Below are positions 18,531 to 28,816 of a stretch of DNA of 64,000 nucleotides, in pieces. This DNA comes from Dehalococcoidia bacterium. Lineage in GTDB: Bacteria; Chloroflexota; Dehalococcoidia; UBA2979. The stretch is taken from positions 1,248,001 through 1,312,000 of the forward strand of contig CAXXDN010000002.1 of NCBI GenBank assembly GCA_963667465.2, in the 5' to 3' direction. A program made the translations under genes and the position numbers. The notes under the pieces are model-generated. The model was not told the origin of the DNA and searched no databases. It saw only the letters and a list, made by a program, of their open reading frames with translations. How positions within the stretch are numbered: position 1 is the stretch's first letter; each line of letters begins with the position of its first letter.

Positions 18531-18595
18531 GGGTCCTCCTCGATCACGAGCTCGCCCACACGCACGCAGGCACTGATGGCTATACGCCGAGTACC

Positions 18596-18652
18596 ACCGT
18601 ACGGTTCTGTGCGTTCGCGCACAAGTACCGGCGGCGGCGGCGGATTACGATT
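18596..18652 (-). promoter_or_regulatory. Promoter of copy 2 (TTGTGC-17-TACGGT) plus conserved upstream box
   Basis: Conserved with copy 1 at identical spacing. Confidence 0.6.
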
Positions 18653-18707
18653 GCCGATGCTGGATTCCGGAACTGTTCCCGAACGTCAAGCGAAGTCGTT
18701 CGTGCGG

Positions 18708-19601
18708 CTAGCGCGACCCACGCAGCCGCGGGTCCAGCACATCGCGCACGACGTCGCCGAGCAGGTTGAACGCAAGGACCGTGACCATGATCGCGATGGC
18801 CGGGAAGATCGCGAGCCAGGGCGCCAGTTCCATGAACTGGCGGCCCTTATCGCTCAGCATCAGGCCCCAGGACGGCGTCGGCGGCTGGGCGCCCATGCCG
18901 AGGAAGGCGAGCCCGGCCTCGATCAGGATCGCCGCCCCCAGGACGGTGGACATCATGATCAGGATCGGGGCCACTACGTTCGGGAGGATGTGGCGCAGCA
19001 TGATCCGGCCCGGACCGGCCCCGATCACTCTGGCCGCCTCGACGTAGACGTTCTCCTTGACGGCGAGCACGGCACTGCGGATCACGCGTGCGTTGAAGGG
19101 GATGATGATCAGGATGATCGCGATGATCCCCGTCGTCACTCCCGGAGTGAAGACCGCGGCGAAGATTAGCGCCAACACGAGCCCGGGGATCGCCAGCATC
19201 GCGTCGACAAGGCGCTGCGAGAGGAGATCCAGCCAACTACCGGCGAACCCCGACAGCAGGCCCCAGGCCGCACCCACAAGGCAGCCGCCTGCTGTGGCGA
19301 GGAACCCCACCCAGAGCGAGATCCGCGCACCATGCATCAGACGCGACAACTGGTCCCGTCCGAGGTCGTCCGTACCGAACGGATGCGACGCGCTCGGCCC
19401 CACGAGGACGTCCCGCGAGGATTGGTACGGGTCGGGGCCCACGTCGGCAAAGATCGCGCCGAGGACCAACACCGCGAGCACCGCCGTCGAGATTCCACCG
19501 ACCGGCGACTTGAAGATACGGATCGTCGCGTCCAGCGCGGGATGGCGCCCATCGGTCGCGAAATCGCGGATTGCCGGCGCCGGGGTGGTCTGCTCAGCCA
19601 C
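18708..19601 (-). CDS. Peptide/nickel ABC transporter permease (DppC/OppC-like)
   Basis: HPFGTDDLGRD, YVEAARVIGA (EAA loop), HILPN, SWGLML, NLLGD. Confidence 0.93.
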   Translation of the reverse strand: MAEQTTPAPAIRDFATDGRHPALDATIRIFKSPVGGISTAVLAVLVLGAIFADVGPDPYQSSRDVLVGPSASHPFGTDDLGRDQLSRLMHGARISLWVGFLATAGGCLVGAAWGLLSGFAGSWLDLLSQRLVDAMLAIPGLVLALIFAAVFTPGVTTGIIAIILIIIPFNARVIRSAVLAVKENVYVEAARVIGAGPGRIMLRHILPNVVAPILIMMSTVLGAAILIEAGLAFLGMGAQPPTPSWGLMLSDKGRQFMELAPWLAIFPAIAIMVTVLAFNLLGDVVRDVLDPRLRGSR

Positions 19602-19614
19602 GCGCTGCTCCCTG

Positions 19615-20643
19615 CTATGAGTACCTGATGCGCGGGTCGATCAGCCCGTAGGCAAGATCAACCGCGAGGTTCACCAGGATGAACACGATCGACATCAGCA
19701 GCACGGTAGCCTGCACGACCGGATAGTCGCCGATCCTCACCGATTCCAGGGTGAGGCGGCCCAGGCCGGGCAGGCGGAACATCTGCTCCACGATCACGGT
19801 GCCGCCGAAGAGGAAGGTGATCTGCCCCGCCATGATGGTCAGCACGGGGATAACGGCGTTCCGCAGCGCGTGCTTCAGGATGACCGGGCGCTCCGCGAGC
19901 CCCTTGGCGCGGGCCGTTCGCACGTAGTCCTCGCGCAGCACTTCAAGCATCGTCGACCGCATCATGCGGGCGCTGATCGCGGACAACCGGTAGCCGATGA
20001 TCAGGGCCGCGAGGATCAGCGCCTGGAAGTTCGCCCACGGGTTATCGAGGATTGGTTCGTAGAGCGGCGGCAGCCACGACTGGAACAACCCGAACGTCAC
20101 ATCGTCGAGGTATACCGTCAGGAACAGGATCAGCAGGGTCCCCCACACGAAGTCAGGACCGGAAAGCCCGAGGACGGTAAAGAGCCGCGCCCCATAGTCG
20201 AGCGGGCTGTCCTGTTTCACCGCGGAGATGATGCCCAGCGGTACCGCCAGCGCAGGGGCCAGCAGCACCGCCATCAGCACAAGCTCGATGCTCAGCGGCA
20301 GGCGCGACTTGATCAGGTCGTTGATCGAGTTCCTCGTGCGCAGCGAATCCCCGAGGTCGCCGCGCAGCAGGCCACCGCCCTCGCAGCCGCCGATCGCGCT
20401 GATGTTGTTCAGGGCATCACCGAGCGCCCAGCACTTGTACTGGTGCGGCCACGAGCGATCGAGGCCCAACTCCGCACGGCGCTGGTTGAGGAACTCCTCG
20501 CTCGGGGCGCTACCGCCGTCGGAAATGGCCAGCTTCTCCACCACGTCGCCCGGGATCAGGCGCATCAGGCAGAAGATGATGACGGAGACCAGGAAGATCG
20601 TCGGAATCGCCGCAAGCAGGCGCTTGATGATGTATTGCGTCAT
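19615..20643 (-). CDS. Peptide/nickel ABC transporter permease (DppB/OppB-like)
   Basis: YIIKRLL, GDLGDS, YVRTARAKGL, KHALRNA, DPRIRY. Confidence 0.93.
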   Translation of the reverse strand: MTQYIIKRLLAAIPTIFLVSVIIFCLMRLIPGDVVEKLAISDGGSAPSEEFLNQRRAELGLDRSWPHQYKCWALGDALNNISAIGGCEGGGLLRGDLGDSLRTRNSINDLIKSRLPLSIELVLMAVLLAPALAVPLGIISAVKQDSPLDYGARLFTVLGLSGPDFVWGTLLILFLTVYLDDVTFGLFQSWLPPLYEPILDNPWANFQALILAALIIGYRLSAISARMMRSTMLEVLREDYVRTARAKGLAERPVILKHALRNAVIPVLTIMAGQITFLFGGTVIVEQMFRLPGLGRLTLESVRIGDYPVVQATVLLMSIVFILVNLAVDLAYGLIDPRIRYS

Positions 20644-20768
20644 GCGGCCCTGCGCCCCGCTCCCGGCTGCGCCCTTCGTCGGGCGCGAGAGTTCTGCAGC
20701 GTCGGGGAGTCTCGCAATGGGCGGGGCCGATGTCAATCGGCGCGCCACCAACGAGCGTCTGGAAGCGG

Positions 20769-21434
20769 CTATTCGACGCGCTGACGATGCTCGAGGGCGC
20801 GCTCGAGCGTGACGTTGTCTGCGTACTCCAGGTCCGCGCCGGCGGGCAGACCGCGCGCGAGCCGCGTGACGCGCACGCCCAGCGGCTCGATCAGCCGCGC
20901 GAGGTACATCGCCGTCGCTTCGCCCTCGAGGTTCGGGTTCGTGGCGACGATCACCTCGGCGACAGGGACGGCCGACGCCGCTGCCGGCTCCTCCCCGTCC
21001 GCGTGCGCCGGCCGTTCGGCGCCGTCGAGCCGGCGCAGCAGCTCGCGGATTCGCAGGTCCTCGGGCCCGACGCCGTCGGCCGGCGAGATCACGCCGTGCA
21101 GCACGTGGTAGAGCCCGTGGTAGCCCTGCGTACGCTCGATCGCCACGAGGTCCAGCGGCTCCTCGACGACGCAGATGACGCTGCGGTCGCGCTGCCCGTC
21201 GAGGCAGATCGGGCAGGGGTCGCCGTCGCTGATCTGCTGGCAGCGCGAGCAGAAGACGGTGCGCTCCTTGACCTCGATCAGCGCCTCGGCGAGGTCGCGC
21301 GCCTCGCCCGCCGGCGAGCGCAGCACATGGTAGGCAAGGCGCTGCGCGGACTTCGGCCCGACGCCCGGCAGCCGCCGGAAGGCCTCGACGAGACGTGAGA
21401 TCGAGGAGCCGGTGCCGCCCTCGCGCAGCGTCAC
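20769..21434 (-). CDS. recR: Recombination mediator RecR
   Basis: LPGVGPKSAQR HhH, CSRC...CPIC, YHVLHG, ATNPNLEGEATA Toprim. Confidence 0.96.
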   Translation of the reverse strand: MTLREGGTGSSISRLVEAFRRLPGVGPKSAQRLAYHVLRSPAGEARDLAEALIEVKERTVFCSRCQQISDGDPCPICLDGQRDRSVICVVEEPLDLVAIERTQGYHGLYHVLHGVISPADGVGPEDLRIRELLRRLDGAERPAHADGEEPAAASAVPVAEVIVATNPNLEGEATAMYLARLIEPLGVRVTRLARGLPAGADLEYADNVTLERALEHRQRVE

Positions 21435-21504
21435 GACCGCCGCTCCGGGAGGGAGTGCGCCGTCGCGCGCGCTGCGTGTCTACGGGTGGATCGCACGCCG
21501 GCCG

Positions 21505-23286
<1,782 letters not shown>

Positions 23287-23415
23287 CCCATGCTCCGGCC
23301 GGGGGATTCGGCCGTCGCCGCGCGGCCAGTGTAGCAGCGCGGCGCGCCGGAGGCCGTCCGGCCGCCGTCAATCGCGCTCGCGGCGCGCAACCGTGGCCGC
23401 CTGTACCCTCGATCC

Positions 23416-23913
23416 ATGGCCTACCAGATCTCGATCGAGGTGGATGGCGCGGCGCGCGACCTCGACGTGCGCCCCGTACGCGCGATGATCCGCCGTGCGC
23501 TCGTGAGCGAGGGCCTCGACGCCGCCGCTGTCGCGCTGCTCTTCGCCGGCGACGAGTTGCTGCTGCGGCTCAACCGCGAGCACCGCGGCATCGAGGACTT
23601 CACGGACGTGCTCGCCTTCCCCGCCGAGGAAGGGGAGACGGCGCCGAACGACGATCCCCGCAGCGACGACGAACCCCCGCCGTTCCTCGGCGATATCGCC
23701 GTCTCCACGCCCGCGGTGAGCCGCCAGGCGGAGGACGCGGATCTCGCCTTCGAGACGGAGCTCCACCACGTCGTGCTGCACGGCCTGCTGCACCTGCTCG
23801 GCTACGACCACGACGCCGCGGAGGACGCGGTGGCGATGCGCGAGCGCGAGGAGGCCGTGCTCGGCGGCGAGATCCACGCCGCCGGCGGCGGTCACGGCCA
23901 GCACGGGGACTGA
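23416..23913 (+). CDS. ybeY: rRNA maturation endoribonuclease YbeY
   Basis: LNREHRG, TDVLAF, LGDI, HGLLHLLGYDH. Confidence 0.93.
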   Translation: MAYQISIEVDGAARDLDVRPVRAMIRRALVSEGLDAAAVALLFAGDELLLRLNREHRGIEDFTDVLAFPAEEGETAPNDDPRSDDEPPPFLGDIAVSTPAVSRQAEDADLAFETELHHVVLHGLLHLLGYDHDAAEDAVAMREREEAVLGGEIHAAGGGHGQHGD

Positions 23914-23971
23914 CGGGCAGACCCCTCGAGGGCTCCGAGGCGCCTCGAAGCCTGTTGCGCACGAGGGACTC

Positions 23972-24056
23972 GGACGAGCCTGCGCTGCGCGCGGCTCGCA
24001 CCCACCCACCCGCCCCGGATTGTGTTCTCTGTGGGGGCTGCGCCCCCACACCCCCC
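23972..24056 (+). repeat. REP-like modular repeat (modules A and B), left copy
   Basis: Imperfect inverted match to 25758-25850 (GGACGAGC..GCGCTGCGCGCGGCTC..CCCACCCACC and GTGGGGGCTGCGCCCCC). Confidence 0.75.
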
Positions 24057-24129
24057 GCTCCGGCATCGCCTCACAGTTCCACCTCCGGCCCCCTCTCCTG
24101 GGGGAGAGACACCCCAGGGTGCTAAGGCG

Positions 24130-25353
24130 TCAAGCGGCGAGCTGTTCGCGGTCGTGGCGGTGCGCCCAGGCGGTGGCCTCGTCGTAGGGGCGACGTGCCT
24201 TCAGGCAGCCGTGGAGGTAGCCGACGAGGCGGTTGCCGAGAGCGCGCAGCGCCTGGTGGTGGAGGTCGCCCGCGGCGCGGCGGCGGTGGTAGAAGTCATG
24301 GCAGCCGGGGCTCGCCTGCAGCGAGCAGAGCGCCCAGCGGTCCACGGCGTCGGCGAGCCGGCGGTTGCGCACGAAGCGGGCGCGCACGCTGCGCTTGCGG
24401 CCCGATGCTACGGTGAGCGGCGAGGTGCCGGCGTAGTTCCTGCGGGACTTCGCCGACTCGTAGCGTTCGGGGTCGTCCCCGAACTCGCCGAGCACCCGGG
24501 CGCCGAGCACGACACCGAGACCGGGCAGGGAACGGTAGATTGCGGCGTCCGGGTGCTGCTCAAAATGGCTCGTGAGCGCGGCCTCGAGCTCCGTAAGCTG
24601 ACGGTTGATCTCGCTGATCTGCGCGACCGCCGCGCGGGTGCTCGCGGCGAACGCCCGGCTCACGGCAGGCGGCGCCTCGAGTTGCGGGGAGCGCAGCGCG
24701 TCGCGCACCGCGGCGGCGCGCCGCTCGAGGTTGCGCTGACGTCCGCCGCGGCGCAGCGCCGAGCGGATCTTCGACGTGCTCAGGCGCGCCGCCTCGCGCG
24801 GCTCGCTCGCCCGCGCCAGCACGCCCAGGGCGTCGCCGTGCGCGAGGCTGGGGAAGGCCTGCAGGGCAGCCGGGAAATACTCCCTGAGGGCGTTGCGCAG
24901 CCGGTTGGTCTGGCGCACGCGGTCCCAGATCAGCTGCTGGTGGGCGCGGGCGAGGATGCGCACCGCGGCAGCCTCGTCGCTGTCGCCGGCCAGCGGACGG
25001 TGGTTGTGGCGGTCGGTGCGCACGAGGTCGGCGAGCAGCTTCGCGTCGGCGGCGTCGGACTTGGCGCCGCCCAGGTGGTGACGCTCACGGTAGCGCGCCG
25101 CCGAGCGGGGGTTGATCGCGTAGACGCGGTAGCCGGCCGCGAGCAGGGCCGTGACCCAGGGTCCGCGGTCGGTCTCGATGCCGACCACGACCGCGCCCGG
25201 GTCTGAGGCGTGCTCGGCAACCAGTTCGTGCAGCACGGCGACGCCCGCGACGCCCTCGGGCAGCCGCCTGGCGGCGAGCCGTTCGCCGGCCTCGTTCATG
25301 AGCTGGACATCGTGGTGGTCTTCGGACCAGTCGTCACCGACGTAGAGGGTCAT
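24130..25353 (-). CDS. IS110-family (DEDD) transposase / bridge recombinase
   Basis: YVGDDWS, GIE, KSDAADA RuvC-like residues; SLPGLG...GEFGD..RY, AGTSP..ASG C-terminal domain. Confidence 0.95.
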   Translation of the reverse strand: MTLYVGDDWSEDHHDVQLMNEAGERLAARRLPEGVAGVAVLHELVAEHASDPGAVVVGIETDRGPWVTALLAAGYRVYAINPRSAARYRERHHLGGAKSDAADAKLLADLVRTDRHNHRPLAGDSDEAAAVRILARAHQQLIWDRVRQTNRLRNALREYFPAALQAFPSLAHGDALGVLARASEPREAARLSTSKIRSALRRGGRQRNLERRAAAVRDALRSPQLEAPPAVSRAFAASTRAAVAQISEINRQLTELEAALTSHFEQHPDAAIYRSLPGLGVVLGARVLGEFGDDPERYESAKSRRNYAGTSPLTVASGRKRSVRARFVRNRRLADAVDRWALCSLQASPGCHDFYHRRRAAGDLHHQALRALGNRLVGYLHGCLKARRPYDEATAWAHRHDREQLAA

Positions 25354-25389
25354 CGTGCCTCGCTTTCCTGCGCTTCGTGCTGCTGTTTG

Positions 25390-25590
25390 CGACCTGCCGG
25401 GCTGGTCCTGCGACGGCCTAATGGACCAGTGCTCTCGGGCACGACACCCCAGGAGTGCTGTGGACCACCCGGACGCACCAGCCGGGGCACGGTCTCTCCC
25501 TGGAGATCGCAGTGTCTCGGGGAGGGGCAGTGCTCACCGGCCGGCCGGTCCAAGACCAGTCTCCCAGATCGCTCCAGGGTCCGGTCGAAC
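25390..25590 (-). ncRNA. Predicted IS110 bridge RNA (target- and donor-binding loops); ends approximate
   Basis: Guides CCCCUCCC and GGGAGAG match the target; CCUGGGGUGUC and CCAUUAG match the donor junction; each pair flanks an internal hairpin. Confidence 0.85.
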
Positions 25591-25757
25591 CCCATTAGGG
25601 AGGGGGTGAGGGGGCTCGCCGGACCCTCGAGGTTGCGCGGGGGTCACGAACGCACTCGGGCTGCCGCGCCGCCCTTGCGCCATCGAGTTCGAGGGGTTCC
25701 GCAAGAGACGCACATCCGCCTTCCGGACAGCCCGTTGCACTCCCCGTGGGAGCAGGG

Positions 25758-25850
25758 CCCCACAGAAACAACCGAGGGCAGGTGGGTGGGCTGGAGCCGC
25801 GCGCAGCGCGTGCTCGTCCCGGATGGGGGCGTGGGGGGCGCAGCCCCCAC
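25758..25850 (-). repeat. REP-like modular repeat, right inverted copy with modules in swapped order
   Basis: Reverse-complement match to 23972-24056. Confidence 0.75.
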
Positions 25851-25871
25851 AAGACAGTGTGGGCAGCCTCG

Positions 25872-27347
25872 CTACGGAGTGACGATGACCAGCGTCTCGG
25901 CGGCGCGCTGGGCGGCGCCGAGCAGCGGCGCGGGGATCAGGCCGAAGAACAGCACGGCGACGGCGGCGAGGCCGAGCACGGCCTGCACCGGCGTGCTCGC
26001 GTGGAACGGCGCCTCGTCCTCGGGCTCGTCCAGCACCATCGTGCGCACCCAGCGCAGGTAGTAGAACGCCGAGACCGCCGAGTTGAGCACGGCGATGACG
26101 ACGAGCCAGACCAGCCAGTCGTGCCCGGATTGGACCGCGCTGTTGAAGACGTAGAGCTTCGCGAGGAAGCCCGCGGCCGGCGGGATGCCCGTTAGCGAGA
26201 GCAGACAGAGCACCAGCACGCCGGCAACCACCGGCGAGCGCTTCATCAGGCCGGCGTAGCCGCTCACATCCTCGACGCCGATCCGCTCCGAGACGACGAT
26301 GACGCAGAGGAACGCGCCCACGTTCGTCGCCGCGTAGGCGCCGAGGAAGAAGAGCACCGCCGAGGGCCCGGCGACGCTCCCCGCGGCCACCGCCGCGAGC
26401 CCGACTGCGATGTTGCCCGCCTGCGCGATCGAGGAGTACGCGAGCAGCCGCTTCACGTTCGTCTGCAAGATCGCGGCGGCGTTCCCGAAGCACATCGAGG
26501 CCGCCGCGAGCACGGCGATCAGCGCCGCCCAGTGCTCGGCGATGAAGGTGTCGCCGCCTCCGAGGCCGCCGTAGAAGATGCGCAGCGCGACCGCGAAGCC
26601 CGCCGCCTTCGAGGCGACCGAGAGGAAGGTGGTGACGGTCGTCGGGGAGCCCTCGTAGACGTCAGGCACCCAGGCCTGGAACGGCGCGAGCGACATCTTG
26701 AAGCCGAGCCCCGCCACGACCAGCACGAGGCCGAGCACGAGCGCCAGCTGCGTCCCGTCCGACCCCGTCTGCACGAAGGCGGCGATGCCCTCGAGCGAGG
26801 TGGTGCCGGAGAGGCCGAACAGGAAGGCGAAGCCGTAGAGCAGCACGGCGGCGGCGACGGCCCCGCTCAGCAGGTACTTGATGCCTGCCTCGGAGGATCG
26901 GTCGTCGCGAGCGATGCCGGCCAGCACGAACTGTGCAATCGAGGTCGTTTCGAGAGCCACGAAGATCGCGATCAGGTCGTTGGACTGCGCGAGCAGGACC
27001 ATCGCCCCGGTTGCCGTCAGCAGCAGCGCGAAGAACTCGGGGCGGTGCTGGACGCGCGCGAGGCCCTCGGAGGTGGCGATCACGACGGCGAGCGCGACGC
27101 CGATGAGCAGGAAGGCGAAGAACAGCGCGAAGCGGTCGACGACGACGGCGCCCGCCAGTGCGGAGCCTTCGGTGCCGGAGGCGGCCTGCACGATCGCCCA
27201 GACGCCCGCCGCGACCAGCACGAGGATGGTGATCGCGACGACGGGCGCGCGGCGCGGCGCGATCAGGTCGGCGGTCATCACGATGCCCGCGCCGAGCAGC
27301 AGCGCGAAGGCCGGGCCGATGTGGTGGATCTGTTCGTACCAGTTCAT
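25872..27347 (-). CDS. nuoN: NADH-quinone oxidoreductase subunit N
   Basis: SEAGIKY, FKMSLAPFQAWVPDVYEGSP, KRLLAYSSIA, SLTGIPP. Confidence 0.95.
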   Translation of the reverse strand: MNWYEQIHHIGPAFALLLGAGIVMTADLIAPRRAPVVAITILVLVAAGVWAIVQAASGTEGSALAGAVVVDRFALFFAFLLIGVALAVVIATSEGLARVQHRPEFFALLLTATGAMVLLAQSNDLIAIFVALETTSIAQFVLAGIARDDRSSEAGIKYLLSGAVAAAVLLYGFAFLFGLSGTTSLEGIAAFVQTGSDGTQLALVLGLVLVVAGLGFKMSLAPFQAWVPDVYEGSPTTVTTFLSVASKAAGFAVALRIFYGGLGGGDTFIAEHWAALIAVLAAASMCFGNAAAILQTNVKRLLAYSSIAQAGNIAVGLAAVAAGSVAGPSAVLFFLGAYAATNVGAFLCVIVVSERIGVEDVSGYAGLMKRSPVVAGVLVLCLLSLTGIPPAAGFLAKLYVFNSAVQSGHDWLVWLVVIAVLNSAVSAFYYLRWVRTMVLDEPEDEAPFHASTPVQAVLGLAAVAVLFFGLIPAPLLGAAQRAAETLVIVTP

Positions 27348-28816
27348 GCGGCAGCCTGCACGATCTGCGCGATCGGCTCGATGCCGAGCTCAACCACGTC
27401 GGTAAGCAGTCGCGGATAGACGCCGACGCCGATGATGAAGACCAGCATCGCGGCCATCGCGGCGAGCTCGTACCACTCGGTCGCGTCGCCGAGGCCGGAC
27501 CAGCGCTCGTCGGCGGGGCCGGTGAAGACGCGCTGCACGGCCCAGAGGATGTAGCCGGCGGCGAGCACAACCCCGAAGACGGAGATGATCGTCGCCGCCG
27601 GGTGCACCTGCAGCGTTCCGGCGAAGACCGCGAACTCGGCGACGAAGCCGCTCAGCGCGGGCAGGCCGAGCGCGGCGAAGCCCGCGATGATCGCGACGAG
27701 GCCGAGCAGCGGCATCTGGTGCAGCAGCCCGCTCATGTCGGAGATCTGCCGCGTGTGCGTGCGGTCGTACATCACGCCGACGACGATGAAGAGCAGACCC
27801 GTGATGACGCCGTGCGAGAACATCTGCAGCGCCGCGCCGGAGAGGCCGGCCGCCCCCATCGCGGAGACGCCGAGCAGCACGTAGCCCATATGCGAGACCG
27901 AAGAGTAGGCGACGAGCCGTTTGAGATCGCGCTGCTGCAGCGTCAGCACAGCGCCGTAGATCACGGAGAAGGCGGCGATCGCCGCGAGGATTACGCGGAA
28001 GTCCTGCGCCTCGCCGGGCAGGATCGGCAGCACGATGCGCAGGATGCCGTAGCCGCCCATCTTCAGCAGCACGCCGGCCAGCATCACCGAGACCGCCGTC
28101 GGCGCGTCCGTGTGGGCGTCGGGCAGCCAGGTATGCACGGGGAAGACCGGCAGCTTGATGAGGAAGGCGACGATGATCAACCAGAACACGACGCTGAGCG
28201 GCACCAGCGCCTCGGTCGGCGGGTTGGCGGTGAGCACGGCGATGTCGAACGTCCCGGCCTGGAGACCAAGCACGAGGAAGCCGGCGAGCATCAGCGCGGA
28301 GCCGGCCATCGTGAACAGCAGGAACTTCATCGCGCTGTAGCGCGGCCGCCCGCTGCCCCAGATGCTGATCAGCATGTACATCGGGAGCAGCTCCAGCTCC
28401 CAGAAGAAGAAGAACTGGATCAGGTCGAGCGAGGTGAAGACCCCCGCGACGGCGGTCTCCAGCACCAGCAGCCAGGCGAAGTACTCCTTGACCCGCTTGT
28501 CGACGCGCCAGGAGACCAGCACCGAGGCCAGCCCGAGCAGCCCCGTGAGCAGCACCAGCGGCGCCGAGAGGCCGTCCACGCCGAGCACGTATTGCACCGC
28601 GAATCCGGTGTCGCTCCCGCGGATCCACTCGAATTGGTCGACCAGCTGGTAGCCCTCGGCGGCGTGGTCGAGGCGGGCGAAGATCACGATGCCGACGATG
28701 AAGGTGATCGTGCTGAAGAAGAGCGCGATCCAGCGCGCGTCGGCCCGGCGGTGCCGCGGCAGCGTCGCGATCAGCAGGGCCCCGACGGCCGGCAGGAAGA
28801 CGAAGACCGACAGCAT
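27344..28816 (-). CDS. nuoM: NADH-quinone oxidoreductase subunit M
   Basis: FFFWELELLP, IKLPVFPVHTWLPDAHTDAP, LLKMGGYG, AYSSVSHMG. Confidence 0.95.
   Translation of the reverse strand: MLSVFVFLPAVGALLIATLPRHRRADARWIALFFSTITFIVGIVIFARLDHAAEGYQLVDQFEWIRGSDTGFAVQYVLGVDGLSAPLVLLTGLLGLASVLVSWRVDKRVKEYFAWLLVLETAVAGVFTSLDLIQFFFFWELELLPMYMLISIWGSGRPRYSAMKFLLFTMAGSALMLAGFLVLGLQAGTFDIAVLTANPPTEALVPLSVVFWLIIVAFLIKLPVFPVHTWLPDAHTDAPTAVSVMLAGVLLKMGGYGILRIVLPILPGEAQDFRVILAAIAAFSVIYGAVLTLQQRDLKRLVAYSSVSHMGYVLLGVSAMGAAGLSGAALQMFSHGVITGLLFIVVGVMYDRTHTRQISDMSGLLHQMPLLGLVAIIAGFAALGLPALSGFVAEFAVFAGTLQVHPAATIISVFGVVLAAGYILWAVQRVFTGPADERWSGLGDATEWYELAAMAAMLVFIIGVGVYPRLLTDVVELGIEPIAQIVQAAA

Larger units (their letters stand above)
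14202..18549. repeat. Tandem duplication, period 2236 bp (14202-16313 vs 16438-18549)
   Basis: Both copies carry the first 26 nt of recO, its -10 box, the palindrome and a 2001-nt binding-protein gene; near-identical apart from clustered differences. Confidence 0.95.
24107..25598 (-). mobile_element. Complete IS110-family insertion sequence flanked by CT cores
   Basis: Minus-strand left end CT|AATGGGGTTCGACC, right end CCCTGGGGTGT|CT; no terminal inverted repeats; removing it restores a continuous CCCTCTCC-TGGG-GGAGAGGG hairpin. Confidence 0.92.

Noticed and set aside
13535-19169. 968-aa and 1059-aa plus-strand ORFs
   Set aside because: Antisense shadows of recO and the binding-protein genes
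21435-21504. Absence of ybaB between dnaX and recR
   Set aside because: Real but a common gene-order variation
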